A DNA stretch of 64,000 bases from Adineta vaga (GCA_021613535.1 CP075497.1:6448001-6512000), one strand, 5' to 3'; shown: positions 1 through 14,645, numbered from the stretch's first letter. The notes: generated from the sequence alone by a model not told the origin. Numbers and translations are program-made.

Positions 1-84
1 ACTTATTGATGGTGTAGAGAGCATCGTCATATCATACTTGCGTAGAATTCTTCTTCTTTTTTAAATCTAAGAATTTCTATTTAG

Positions 85-1089
85 ATTACAAAATTACGTG
101 TGAATACATGGAAAACACCAGGTGTTAAATCAACGAAATTGTACAAACATGTCGCTCTAATTCAACTTAGTGATATACGTAGTTTATTTGATATTGCAGC
201 ATCATCATGTGATGGTAAATATACCAGAAACGAATTATATATACATATATCACTAATTCGTTGTTGTTTGTTTTTTCAGAAAATGAACAGTTCGGAATGC
301 TCTGTTCAATTGATGGTCAAGCTCGTCAATTAATATTTCGTGTTGCTGATAATCATATGTCTATATCACGTTCACATTTAACCGATTCGATGACATCCTT
401 AACATCTCTATCAACTGTTTCAAGTGTCAATCAAACAAGTAAAACAGAAGTTCTCCAACATTTAGCTAAAGCAATTGCCGAAGAACGATGTCTTCTTGAT
501 AAAGTAAAAAAAAGAAACAAAACCCAAGAGAAATAGTTTTTAAATAAATGTATTCATTAACTTTTTAGACATCATTGATCGAAAATGTTGGACCAGAAAA
601 TGGAGCATTTACACCTCTATCATCAATGGATTTTATGAGTGATAATGATACTCTATCGACACATTCAACAATGAGTGCAACAACAACTAGTGGATTAAAT
701 TCTGTTGGAAGTGCATTACGAACGTATGAAAGTCAACTTTTGTGTTTTCTCCAATAGAAAAATCTTTGTTTTGTTGCTTTTAGTGGTTTATATAAAGCAA
801 AAAATCGTCTAAGTCGAACATTTTCTTTCAGTCCAATTTCATCGAAAAATCGTCTGAAGAAAATGCTTACATCAAATAGTTCATTATTACAGTTAAATGA
901 CAAAGATAATAATAATTTCAATACAATGAAACGTTTAAGTGTACCATCTCGACAAGATTCATTTACGAGTGAACGTAATTTTCCTCAATCACCGTCGAGA
1001 TTTATGCATTCAATACAAGAATGTAAGTTCAAATAGACTTTGTTTTCTCGTACAAAACAACCGTATTCATCATTTCTATTTTAGATTGA
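85..1089 (+). CDS. ECT2: ECT2/pebble RhoGEF, 3' exons (PH domain and C-terminal tail); 5' part lies outside the window
   Basis: Spliced translation ITKLRVNTWKTP..KLYKHVALIQLSDIRSLFDI..KTEVLQHLAKAIA..KAKNRLSRTFSFSP resembles the ECT2 PH domain (LKHIHLMPLSQIKKVLDI) and tail (KKVTRAFSFSKTP). Stop is at 1087-1089 if the 1023-1084 intron is spliced. Confidence 0.75.
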
Positions 1090-2175
1090 TCTTTTGTCAT
1101 GAGATTTCTTTCATTTTCATATCAACATCTTTATTTCCTTTTGTCTAATCGAGTTTTTTTTTCTTCTTTCTTTTTATGTCTCTTTTGCTCTTCAAGAGCA
1201 TGTACAGGCTGTGTAAAAGAATAAATATACATAGATTTTACATTATTCAATTATAGGAAAAAGAAAACTGATAAAAAAGTCTGACGTCAACTCGTTTATG
1301 AAGCAGAATAAGTTTATATAATTAGTTCTTCCTTGATATTTTTAAAAATTTATAAGAAGAAAAGAAATGTCAAAACCAATAGTGTGTTCAAACGGAATCG
1401 GAAACGGAATTTGCTTTCAATAGAGAACAGTATTTGTTATTCTTTTTAATGTTCTCCAAAGAAATTTACTTCGATTTTATGAATATGTTGAAAAATAGAA
1501 AAAAAGGAAAAATGTTTAGAACAATTAACAAAAAAATAGAAAAACTTGACGGAACTATGCGATTGAGTTTTATCAATGTAATTTTCTCTAGATCACAATG
1601 AAATAAACAGTAACACATTGTCAAACTGTTTTCCATTTCCTGTCTACTTAATAGCTAAGCCTTGATATTTTTTTTCGAATTATCATTGATAGAAACAGGA
1701 TATGGTAAAGCTTCGCTGATTGCAAAATCCAATCTTTTATCGATAAAAAATATAGCTTAATAACTTGTCGAAAAAAAACAAAAGATATATCGACATTGTA
1801 TTGTTCTTCACATTGGAATCAGTTAAGTGGAAGACATCGTTAACGTTTCTTCTCTGATGTTGAAGTATTTTCAAGTTTATATCTTTACATTATCAAAATA
1901 AATGTTTGTTTCGAGTATTGAAAGCTAAATGATAATGATGACAGAGGAAGAGAGGAAAGGAAAGTCATTATGTTGTCACTATTCGATCGGTATTCTTTTC
2001 AGTGTAGATGGAGTACATCATCTGATCGACTGATTGGTTATTAAACATTTAAATTGAACAAAGAATAGAGTTCGTCATTGGAAAGAAAACAAAAGGTTAT
2101 ATCTTCTTTTCTATCATCATATGTATCTGATATCCTTGTTCTGTAAAGTAGGATATTTTATTTTAGATAGAAGAC

Positions 2176-5100
2176 ATGTCAACGTTACATAAAAGATTTG
2201 CTCGTAAACATTCAATCGGTTCAAAAAAAGAAAATCGACCAAAACAACCGAATTCACATCAATCAATCTTTCTTGATTCATCTGATCAATCTCGTGCATT
2301 GTATTATTTAGGTTTGACATATCATCTCAAAGCAAAAGAATTGCTTTCCTCAACAAATGGTTTAATTAATGATGATATTCGAACATTATTGAGCAAAGCG
2401 ATTGTTTACTATGAGTAAGTTTCTTTTTTCTCCTTCTCAAAATCTAATAGTTTGATCTTTTCTTCTGATCTCGTTGATAGTTAATGAATATATAGTTATT
2501 CATTCTAGTTCCGAAAAGTTTTCATCCATGATCGGAAAACCAGACATGCATTCATGTTTCTTTTTCTTCTTCTTCTTCTTCTTTTGTTTCCCCCTTCTTC
2601 TCCTTCTCGTTTTCTCTCACCCTCTGTCTTTCTCGTTTGCCCATTGATATGATGATGATGATAGATGGATGGATAGTTACGTACGATTCTCTTCTATTTT
2701 CTGCTTGTCTGTCATTCGTCTGCAGTTTGATTTTCCGCGTGCGTAGCATTCATTCATTCATTGTCATTTGCTTGTTTTTTTTCCTTTAGTTGCTCATGTG
2801 TTAGGGTGTTGCTCAGTTTCCGTTTTGCTTCCAGCATATATACACATATAATTTTCTCTATTTCTCTCCGAACTATCTACTTGAGAGGTTAAGAGAAGTA
2901 AGAGAGCCAATGTAACGAAAGAAAAAAAATAAGAATAAGACGCAAAAAGAAGTTAGATTGGAATGAGAGGAAACTATTCTTTATTACGACTTTGATTACT
3001 TTATGAGAAACAGAGAGGTATCTTATTTGACAAATATGAGCAATCTATCTGTAAAGACTATGATAGTTTAAGAAAAGTCGAAGAGTAGGCGTAGGATGTG
3101 TAGATAAGCTTATTCTCAAGGCATAGTAATTATGTGTATGTGTCCGCTTTAATTCAATCTCGAAAACGATGAGTTTAGTGCATGCTTAGTTTAATCTGTT
3201 TGAGTACAATACAATAAGTGCAAATGTTCGATTCACACTTACTATTTTCGTGTAAAATGATCACATGAAAATTTGTACTCTTGCTTTTTCCCCTCTATTT
3301 ATCTATTTGTTTGCTATATTTCACGAATGACAGAGCGTTTGAAGCTACCGGCTATATAAAATATTACCATAAATTATTGAATCATTCTTGACATCATTTG
3401 TCGTTAGTTGACTCTTGTCTACCAAAATCATTCATTCAACAACGTATGATTATCTATATTCTAGCAAGTTAGAAGGGAGAAAGAAATTTCGTTATTACCA
3501 GATTTACCAATTTAAGATCTTATTTTCAGACTAAACAAAGGTCACATTTTCCATATAAATGGTCTATTATGAATAGTCTCTCTTGAGAAAGAGACAGAAC
3601 GTTCGTTCATCTACTCGATTGAAAAGAGGTTAAGATAACAATAAAGAAAAACTGAGATCGGCAAAGAAAGAAAAGAATATTCTATCCTTCTCATTTTTCT
3701 TGCGTATACGTTTTTTTTCGCCAGACATGCACTCGATAGTTTCTCTATTTTCCGTTTTAAGGAATTTTATTTGTTTGAACAGAAGAATAACAAGAGCTCT
3801 TTCTCCTAGCCTCAGTTATTGTTAGTTTTCGGGGGAAGAAGAAAAGAGAAAGAAACGAGATCTTAAAAGATAGTTCACATTTTCATCGGACGAGTTAATT
3901 TGCATATAAATGCGAAAAATAATAGATGCATCATACACTTCTAATCATAAATACGAATATCTACAATTATCAAACCTCACGTAAGTTTCATGATGAAAAA
4001 TAGTTTTTCTTCTCTTTATCATTAATCGTCCGTAAAGAAAAGAAACATAACGTTTTTCTTTTCTTGATTATTGCCTACATCAGACGATCAAGTGAATAAC
4101 AGTATTAAAATATAGATATACAAGTATAAAATTGATGATCTCTCAAACAGAAAGCATATGTCATTAAAAAAAAAGAGAGTTGATATTATTTTTCTTTTTC
4201 CTGCATTGGTCTTCATGTTTAGTTTCAATTCAAGCATATATCATGTGACTGTAATATTTAGCAAATATATTCAAGATTCCTTAGGGAAAGAAGTGTGTGT
4301 GTGATGAAGTTACTCTTGTTTAATATACTGAATTTTCCTTCATTAATGACTAGTATAGTTTTATTTCTTTCGTTTACTAAGTCATTTCACACACACACAC
4401 ACACACACACCAACACGTGATGTCATGGAGTTGCTGAAGAATAAGATTATTCTGTACATTCTTTCCCTCTTTTTCTTCTCCAGATAGAACATGTCAAACA
4501 ATTGTCTTGCCCTATTCATATTCTCATATGATAGATGTTAATAGTTGTATCAGTTTGTTTATTCCACATATGTATTGTCATAAAACAGACAAACATGTCT
4601 TATCTTTTTAGTTGCTGTCCATCTTCCATGTCTTATCCTATTAGAATAACATTGTGTTTTTCTTTTCTTATGCTTGACAGAAATCTTTCCATATCAAGAC
4701 ACGAAACAGAAACAATGAGAAAGTGGAAATTAATATTGATTTGTTTATTTTTTCATGTAGGCAAAATCTCGATCTCAATAAGGAACTAAACGACAAAGTG
4801 GCAGAAGGAAGAACATTAGGAAATATTGGCAATGTCAATTATTTATTACAAGATTACTCAACATCGATTGAGTACCTTGATAAAGTAATGAGCAATTCAT
4901 TGTTAGTTAGTTTGTTTTTCTAACATCAAATCATTCTTTTTAGCGTTTGACAATTGCAAAAGAATGTGATGATCAAGCAGGTCAACGCCGTGCTCATGGC
5001 AATCTCGGCAATGCTTATTTGTATTTAGAAGATTTCGATAAAGCACTTCATCATTATAGGTATATAAAAGGAGAAAGAGAGAGAAATGATTTCTATTTAT

Positions 5101-6906
5101 GAAATTCATTTGCATTTTTATCTTTTAAAGAGAAGCAATGACTATTGGTGAATTAACACATGATGAATTATTTATTGCACGAATGAATTTTACTATTGGT
5201 CGTGTTTATAGTTTAAAACAAGATTATGATACAGCAATTTATTTTCATGAAAAACATTTAAATTTAGCACGACAATTAGATGATTCAATAGGTCAATGCC
5301 GAGCATATTATATTTTAAGTCAATTAAATGAAAAAATCAATCAACATGAAAAAGCTACGAAATATGATAGTCTTTATAAAGCTCTTGCACGAGAAGTAAA
5401 AATAAATACGAACTTTTGAAATTTATTTCTTATATTCAATCAATTTAGATTGATGAACCATTCGAAGACACAATATCAATGTCCACACATCGGGACCAAC
5501 AAAAAATATTCTCAAAGTTTGTTTTCAATGAAATTTTATTCGATCAAAAGAATCCGTTCTGTTTTTCTTTCTCTTATAGAATCTACGTACCGATTCGATT
5601 AGTATAAGTTTATCGGAAGGTGGTGGTACTAATAATGGTTCATCAGGTTCTGCATCTCAAAGTCCACATTCATCACGTTCAAATGCAAGCGTTAGTAGTA
5701 GTATAACTGATGTGCGTTCATTTACTAGTTCACATCATAATGCAACGAATGATAAATCGTTATCAAATAAAAGTAAAAAAAGTAAAACAAATTCCAATAG
5801 TTTAAAATCAAATTTCATGTCACATTTGGGTAAAAAATCACCAATACAACCACGAAAAGAAGTGAGCTTTTTTTCGAATTGAAACGATTTTCTTATCGAA
5901 AGTTCTTTTTCTTCTTTAGTCATTACCAGCTGATCATGATGATTTAGTTGATTTGGTTTGTCGAATGCAAAAATCACGCTTTGAAGATCAACGTTGTGAT
6001 TTAAAATCAACAACAACAGCTACTCATGGACCCAATAATACCAATACATTACATGGACATCGTACGTAGTTTTACTTTAATAATTAGTCGATTTTATTGT
6101 TTGCTTGTAAAAATTCTCTGTAACGGAAATGATGATGTCTAGGAAAAGCGGAAACAATTCTTTGAGTATTCATTCAGAAAATATTTGCATACCTGTTTTG
6201 AGGTCATTTGACTGGAGAAATCGGAAATGTAATATCTAATTAGAATAAATGATGAAGGAAACACTATTTTTCAATAAAAAAAATACAACGAAATAGATCG
6301 GAAAAAAAATTTAGGATTTTGTTTTTTCTTTCGAAATTAGGTTCAAGTGTTCAACTCGAAGATATTTTGAATACAGTCGATCGTTTACAACAATCTCGTC
6401 TAGATGATCAACGAACAAATCTACCATCAGCAATTCATCGGGATAATAATAATAATAACAACAACTCGAAAGCAAATCGACGTCTTTCACCATTGAATGA
6501 ACAATTTTTTGATCAACTTTCAAAATGTCAAGTAAGAGATGATTCGAGAAGAATCGAAGAAATATTCATTTCCTTTCGTTAGGATTCTCGTCTCGATGAT
6601 CAACGAGCTGTGCTCATACCGATTCATAATCATAATACTTCATCAGCAAGGCCAGCATCTGCATCATCAATTATGTCAACAAGAACTACAACAGCAACAG
6701 AATCACCGTCAAAAATTGTTACGAATGAAGCTACATCAAAAACTCTTCCAGATGATGATTTCTTTTCTCTTCTCAATCGTTTACAATCACGTCGAATTGA
6801 TCAACAACGAACATGTTTACCGGCAATAAATATACAAGCAAATTCTCCGCTGGTATCACCGAATTCCAGTAGTACACCATCAAAACGAACCCGTGTGAAA
6901 CCATAA
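2176..6906 (+). CDS. GPSM2: G-protein signalling modulator (Pins/LGN/AGS3 family): TPR repeats plus four GoLoco motifs, multi-exon
   Basis: TPRs SRALYYLGLTYHLKAK, EGRTLGNIGNVNYLL, QRRAHGNLGNAYLYL, QCRAYYILSQL. GoLoco motifs DLVCRMQKSRFEDQR, DRLQQSRLDDQR, FFDQLSKCQ/DSRLDDQR, DDFFSLLNRLQSRRIDQQR. Confidence 0.9.
4388..4410 (+). repeat. (CA)n microsatellite in the GPSM intron
   Basis: Run of cacacacaca seen directly. Confidence 0.9.
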
Positions 6907-8129
6907 TATGAATTTTGTTGAATGAACAAAAAGAAAAGCCTTTCTTTAAATTCTTCTTCTTTTTCTCTCTATTTCCTTTCTTATTCTTCAATTGTCTTTT
7001 TTTTCTGTTTATTGGTTTGTTTGTCTATACCTATATATAGCTATTATTTTTAAATGAATTGTATCATAGAAATGCAAACAGAAGCAAATGAAAATGATTT
7101 CATATTCATAATTAATTATGATTGTCAAGAACGATGAAGATTTTCTTACATTTATATGATCAAATCGAAAGAAAGTACATTACTCCGTTAGTATGCTGCG
7201 TTTTTCCTTCTTTCTCTTTAATGCAATTTCAGACTAAAAGGATGCTATGCATATATATTTGACATGTATTCCGGAATTTCTAACCGAGAAAGAACAGGAA
7301 ATAGAATGCATTTCATTGAAAGAACGCAAAAGGAATGAATCCGAAATGAATGATATATATAGATAATTGCAGATGTCTTTTCAAAAAGGATCTACCTACA
7401 TAATGACGAGTATATCATTATGACTCTCGTATTAGCATTGAAGAAATTATATGAAATTAAATTCTAATGATAGATGATTTTATCATCGTTTGCCGATGAT
7501 CACTAAACATGAAATACAAGTATGAACGTTCGATCAAGGTCAATGATCTCGAGATTTACTCGATTACTCATATTGAGGAAAAGTTCATTTTTAAAAGATG
7601 ATTGATACAAATAAATATATCATTGTAAAATCGAGTATACTTTATTACTTGATGGTTTCAAAGTTCTTATCGACAATTGGTTTTAATATAGAAAAATACA
7701 GAACTAGAAACTCTTGAAATCGTTTATTTTTAATAGATAATGTGCGTATTTACTAATGCTCAATATGTTTAGAAAAAATGACATTAGCTTGTCAATTCAG
7801 AAAAGTGTGAAACTATTATATGTTGTAAATGTGTTTAATCATCAAACTGAAAAACATTTTATCACTAGATAATAAATTTTCGGACGTTTTTCTAATCACA
7901 TCTCGATATTCATTGATACAAAATTGAAGTATAAATCGTGTCTTTTATACGGTTCTTTTAATCAATGAAAAAAGACAAGAATCGGTAGCGTAGTCAACAC
8001 GATAAATACGGTGTGTCATGCTACAAAAAAGAAAAGGCACGAATAATATATATCGAAAAAAAAGAAGAGAAAGGGATATCTGATCAATGACAAAAAAATG
8101 TACATAAAAGTAAATGTTCTGTTTTATAA

Positions 8130-9463
8130 TTAAACTTTCTTAGAACTAGTTGAATGGTTTAGCTTTTTTGATGATGATGATTCATCATCGGATGATGATA
8201 ATGTATCTTTATCACTTGTTGTTTGTGTTGATTTTGTTTTAGTTGCTTTCTTTGTTGCGACAGCAGTTTTCGATGAACTACTTGCGCGTTTTGATACGGA
8301 TCGTTTACCAGTTGCTGATGTTCCACGTTTTTTCTTTGCTGTTCCCTAGAGAAACATATCATACAAAGATTAATGAAGAATATTTAAATCAAAACAAACA
8401 TCTTTTGCTTTTGATGAAGCTAATGATGATGATCGTTGAGGTTTTACTTTTGGTGCTTGTGCATGTGTTGCATCCCAAGCAACTAAAGCTTTGATATAAG
8501 CTTGTTTTTCTTCTTGATAAAGATTTTCATATTTCTAAAGAAAATATCTTCGATAAATCATCGAAAATATGTGAAAAAAGGACAATAATTTACTTGTTTA
8601 TCTTGTATAGTCATTTGTGACCATCGCTGAGAGGCACCTCGCATGAAATCCTATGTAAAAGCAATTATGGATGATTTATCACAAAACAGATTCATACTTT
8701 CAAATCCGCTTCACCACGATCAAGTGTGGTAAGAAAATGAGCATAAGCTGAGCGTGGTCGTTTCGCGGGCAATTGTTGAATACTCTTAAAAAAGAGATTT
8801 TTTACATCATCAAAATTTAATTAAACAAGATATAAAGAAAATACTTTTTTGACTCGATGTTCGATTCGTCTGGCCTTTTCATCTGCATCGATTGTTTGTA
8901 AATCACTCGCCGATAAACGTTGTTTTTCGTTTTCATATGTTGCTTTTTGATCTTGAGCTCTTTTCACATAATTCTACAACAACAAAAAACGTACATTCAA
9001 TATTCTTTCAAACATTGCTTTCTTTTCTCTATACTTGTTTCTTATCATCCGATAAACTTCTCCAAACTTCAGCTACTTTCCTACTAATATCAGCCAATTT
9101 TAAATCTATAAAAATTTCATCATTTTTAATTTCCTAGAAAAAGTGAAATGATTTTACCAGGATATTTTGCACTAACATCACGATAATTATCTTTAACAAA
9201 ACTAGCATACGGACTGCGAGCACGTAAATCACGCATTCTATTTATTAAACTTGTATTCTTTGCTGAATTATCAGCAGAAGGTGATGTTTTATCGGTGGCT
9301 GTTGACATCGAACGATGATCAAATGTTAACATAGAAACAAGATTCTGACTAAAAATAAGATTTATTTCTCTTCAAATCAATCACCGATCGATTCATCTTA
9401 CTTAGCAAATAAAGTTGAACCTGTCACACGTGCAACCATCTGTGTTGTACATGTTGCCCACAT
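8130..9463 (-). CDS. TFAM: Mitochondrial transcription factor A-like, twin HMG-box protein
   Basis: Spliced: presequence-like MWATCTTQMVARVTGSTLFANQNLVSMLTFDHRSMST; HMG1 RARSPYASFVKDNYRDVSAKYPDLKLADISRKVAEVWRSLSDDKKQ; HMG2 PAKRPRSAYAHF..ASQRWSQMTIQDKQKYENLYQEEKQAY; basic K/S-rich tail. Confidence 0.8.
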
Positions 9464-9793
9464 ATTTCTTTTTTTTCCTTATTTGTCTAAAGTTTGAGAG
9501 AAGAACATATGTAGAAATGTAAATAATTAAGAAGCTTTTTTTTCTCTGGTTTTCTTTTTTCGTAAACAATAGACAAAAAAAAACACATTTCACAAATAGA
9601 CAGATGAATTAACACAATCAATCGATAACATTCAACACACGCGATATTTCTTCTCTTAAATTAAAACCACTTGAACGTTTACACAAAACAAAAAAAAAGG
9701 ATCAATGAATTAGTTGTAATGATGATAATGAAAACGAAAACAATTAATATATCAATTCAATTTCTAGCAAAAAAAAGCCCAATGAATTCTTCT

Positions 9794-12700
9794 CTATTGA
9801 GTAACTTCAGATGGAACAGTTTCTAAAATATACAGAAGTTACTTTTTTCACTTTTCGAAAAAAAATCTCAATTTTACCTTCGATTTTTGTTGCCTGTTCT
9901 TCTTCAGCCGGTTTTTCCGTTGTTTTGGGTTTATCTGTTTCATTTGATGTCTTCGTACCAATAGTTTTCTTTGTATCATCTTCAGATTTTCGTGTTTGTG
10001 ATGGTTGTTTCTCTTTAATACCAAGTGTATGTGTAATATGATCAAATAATGTACGTGATTCACCACGTGCACGATAAAGTGCATCTGAATAACGTTTATA
10101 TTTTTCTTCAAGTTCTTTAAGATCATGTTGAGTATCACGTAAACGTTTCTTCGTATCAGATAATTGATCACTATAGGAACGGCTACTTTTTTGTGTTGAA
10201 TGTAAATCATCAGTTAGTTTTTCTAAATGAAACGAAATTCATGCAAAATATTAGATTCTGATGCGTAAACAAGACTTGTGACGAATATCAACTTACGAAT
10301 TTCTTTTTTTAAAGTATCAATTTTTAATTCGAGACCCGTTTGAATTTTATTCGACATTTCCAATTGTTTCATTGCACGTTGATTATCTACTGAAGTTGTA
10401 AGTTGGTTTTCATTTATTGTTGATGAACGTATTCCAAATACGGACATATGATGTGGTAACAGAAGTAAATTTCCTATCACGAAAAGAAGAGAATTCTATT
10501 TAGCAAAAGAAAATGTTGAAAGAATGATACCTTTCGGTGCAAGTGAGTCAATATCAGTTTCATTAATTTCAATATGATTTGTTGGATTATTATCGTCTGT
10601 TGGTAAAGCTTTATCAGTTAATTTATGATATTGAACTTTTTCATTATGAGCTATTCGGCTGACAAACATTTTCGCCTAAAAATATGTTTTATTTTAAATG
10701 TTTTTATTCCTCGTACAAATTTACCTCATTTTTAGTTAAAGATAAACCTGATAATAGAAGAATTTCTTCGAGATCTTTTTCTGTTAGATAACCACAACGA
10801 TTTCGATCGAAGAATGTAAATGCAAGTAATAATTCAGGATGAATTGTACGTTGACAAGTCTGAATAGCTGTTGTAGATGATTTATGATTTTCATCTGTAT
10901 TTTTTTCATTGGTTTCTTCCTGAGCTGGTTTTTTGTGATGATCAGACGAATCATCCTATAAATCAACAATGAATGATGATGAATAATTTTCATTAAATCT
11001 TTTCATTACTTGACTCGGTGTTCGTTTTCGTTTCTTTTCATTTTCTTCTATATTTGCATCTAATTCAGGTACAGCAATATCTTCATTACTAGTTATCATT
11101 GATTCGACTTGTTCTTCTTTCGTTTCATTATTTGTTTCTTGTTCATTATTTTGTTCAGTAGTAATTGTTGTTGGCTCAGGCTCAACATTTGTATCCGTTA
11201 CTTCTAAACAACTGTATAATGATCGATAGATGTTATAGGAATAATCACGCATTAACATTTCAGAAAATGCTTCAGAAAATAAGTATAACTAGAAAAAGAG
11301 ACGAAATCATCGTAAAATAAAAAAGAAAGATTTCAAAGGATTAAAATTTACTTCGAAACATTTTTCTTTGATTGTATCTTTATTTGCATAATTGAGAAGA
11401 TAATGAAGTGATACGACACGACAATCGAATTTATCCCCTTTCGCTGTTGTTGGATGAACAAGGATCGAACGATGAGAAGGAAGTTGATATTTGCTTTCAA
11501 TATCTTTACGTATTTTATCAATATCAGCTTGATTATGTTCTTTAATTTCAGTTTTTATTGAACTCGTTGTTGTCTCCGGTGCAGTTGTTGACGGTTGCTC
11601 TTCTTCGTTACTCTCAGTAGTAGAAGTAGTAGTAGTGGCAGCAGCTGCTGCTGCTGTAGCTTTTTCTTCATCGATCTAAGAAATTTGATTCATAATTTAA
11701 AACATGATTCGTTCTGATTAGAATTTACTTTTTCTTGTTGAAGAATTTTTGTTAATCGTTTCTTTAAATCAACTTTTATTCCGCTAACTGGTTGTCCACG
11801 TGCTTTCAATTCGGCTTTTAGATCGAGTACCTACATATAGAATTCAATAGAAACAAACGAATAGATATAAACTGTACTTACACGAAGATTTTCCACATCA
11901 ACAGCTGCATGATGAGATGCACTAGGTGCTTCAACATTTTCATCCTAAAATTTCCGAGAAAAAGTTTAATACAATGATTTGAAAAAAGAAAGAAAGACAG
12001 ATAGACAGATTTAGAGATTCATATCGTCAGATGACAAATATTGTCTTGCACGCAAGAAAGAAGAAATAGAAGAAAAAAAAAGAGAGATCAACGAATATAT
12101 ATGTACAGATATATTGACTTCATTGAGTTCTTCAGCAATTTCTTCATCACATGTTTGTTTGTACTTTGATATTGTTTCTTCCCAGTCGAGGCTTGATGGC
12201 ATACAGGCGGCAGCAATATCTGGCAGGAAAACGATGATATTTTCAACACGACTCTCAATCAGACGGCCCTTGTGAATTTCTTCCGGACGATGATAGCGCA
12301 CCTCCAGGTAACGGCACCTAGGATGAGGTACACATTTGATGATGAGAATCAATGATAGATATGATCAATAATAAGATAATATTACATAGAAAAAAAAGAA
12401 ATTTTAGAAGACTAATCCTTATATTATGTGTATTATTCCTCAATGGAAAATAACATAGAATAAGATGTAAAACATATTTCATGTGTATGTATATTTGTAA
12501 AGAATATGTAAAATTTCATTGAATTAACTACGTACCATTGAATACATTTGCTAAGATCAATGCCAGTTTGAGCACGAACACAACGAATAGCTGTACGAAT
12601 AAGTACTTGATGATCAGTATCAGGATTAGAACCATCAAGTGATTCAGACCATGAACCACCTAATGGAAAATATTCATTTTGATGACGAACACCAACAAGA

Positions 12701-14224
12701 AATTTAATTAGTTTCGTTGGATGTTCTAAATCATCTGGATTAATTGTTAGAGAAGTTTTACCATTACCATTATTAACTAAACATGAACGAGATATTAATG
12801 TTTGAATATCTGGTGATGACATTAACATAACCTAAGAAGTAGAATCCTTTTATTTTCTTTTTCTGTACAAGAAAAAACATACTCGAACATTCCATGAATA
12901 ATCAGCATCAGATGGATCAAGAACTGAAACAATATCAGTAGATAAACGTGGAACATTTTTATTAAATACATGAAATGAACAAGGAGTAATAAATTTAATT
13001 GGATGATCAAGTGGTACAGATTGCTGCCATGTATAAGATGCATGATAAAAATCAGATGGAATATGTAAACGTGAATAACGGGAACGAATTTGTGTAACAT
13101 TTAATTCAGAACTAAAGAATAAAAATTAATCATCATTTTGATCTTATTCCGAATCTTTCACTGATTAATTTTAAGAAAGCGAAAACATATCATTTAGATA
13201 AACTTACCAATCAAGTGATGCTTTTGGTAATGTACAAGTATATTTTGGTGGTGGTGCACGTGAACTACGTTTTGGTGTGATAGCTTTATTTGTATGTGAT
13301 CGACTACGTCTTGTTGAATCTGAACGACGACGATCATTACTATGCGAACCATTATTAGCAGGTCCATGTCGATCACGATTATTGTTTCCATATGGATGAT
13401 GATGATGATCAACATTATTATTATTATTATTATTATTTGTATTATTATTGGTTGGTAATGATCGTTTTATATTCGATGATTGATTACGATTTGGATTACG
13501 ATTGATATAAGAATCAGAATTACGTGACATTGCCTGTGGACCACCACCACCACCTCCGACTGGACGTTCTAGATTAATCAAGCAAATATGAAAGATAAAT
13601 TGGATCGATGAATATATTTCTTACGTGGTCGTCGAGTATCATTAGGTGTTTGAACTACACGAACATCGAATCCATAATATTTATAAGGCATTTGATTAGC
13701 AAAACCTTCCGTAGGCTTCATTTGACAAACAACATGATCACCAACACGCGGTAATGGACCCGAAACCGCACTAAAATCAAAATTTGCAAACAAACATATA
13801 TGAAAAAAACAACGTCAGAATTTAAATAGAAACATTACTTTAATTTAAATGAAATTTCATTATCAATTACACCATAATCTCGAAACATATTTGATACAGT
13901 TCCAGTATAGGGTAGACTTTTCGTTGCTGATGAATAATTTGTCGATGGTAACATTGATTGTCCCTAAGAAAAAATATATATACAATGAAAAAAAATGATC
14001 TTGTAAATTTATTCATTTCGTACAGAATTCATAACAGAATACATATTGTTTGGATTAGTTTGATAATTCATTGGTGCTAAATTCATTTGATTTCCAGGTA
14101 CACCTTGAGGAGGTAAACCAAATGATTGAAATGAATCTCCTGATGATCCGTAACGACGATCTCCTGAACTACTTCCTGTACCACCATTGCCATCACCACG
14201 ATGCCATGCTCCTTTGAATGCCAT
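9794..14224 (-). CDS. CCAR1: Cell division cycle and apoptosis regulator 1 (CCAR1/DBC1 family), multi-exon
   Basis: S1-like domain (TGTVSNMFRDYGVIDNEISF), DBC1 domain (KFLVG..GGSWSESLDGSNP..LIRTAIRC..TGIDLSKCIQW/CRYLEVRYHRPEE), SAP domain (LRVLDLKAELKARGQPVSGIKVDLKKRL), acidic and coiled-coil C-terminus. Confidence 0.92.
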
Positions 14225-14381
14225 AATTGCTTACACAATGATTAAAATATCAAAACGAATCTGAAAATAGAATAGAACATCAATTTTTAGGATTAATTTT
14301 TTTATCCATCACTACTCTGCTGAAACAATAGAAGATACAATAAATAAACAAAACAAATAAATAAATCGTCTTTTTCAAATC

Positions 14382-14645
14382 TGATTGGTTCAAGAAAACT
14401 AGACGATAGAGAACGTTAGTAGTCGTTGATACGTAAGTTGATATTATATATATACATATAGACAAGTAAGGCGGTGAAATTGCCGCTGACCCTCTGCTAA
14501 AAGGATGTAATCAGATCGCTTATGTCACTTGGGCTGATAGCAGAATTCTTTTGATTGGTAAGTCCAATCACTGTTCAACAGACTTTTATTCATACTCATC
14601 TTGCTTATTATAACCTTCTCAGCTAACGTCTGGTCGACCAATCGC
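14382..14645. promoter_or_regulatory. CCAAT-box-rich promoter region upstream of CCAR1, possibly bidirectional
   Basis: TGATTGG at ~14382, an inverted pair TGATTGG-taagt-CCAATCA at ~14552-14570, and CCAATC at ~14638. Confidence 0.45.

Noticed and set aside
14470-14486. GCGGTG-aaat-TGCCGC hairpin as an ncRNA or terminator
   Set aside because: Too short, lies in promoter DNA, and has no supporting RNA-gene features.
14603-14622. GCTTATTATAACCTTCTCAG resembling the bdelloid spliced leader
   Set aside because: Only a partial match to the leader as I recall it, with no following GT donor or Sm site.
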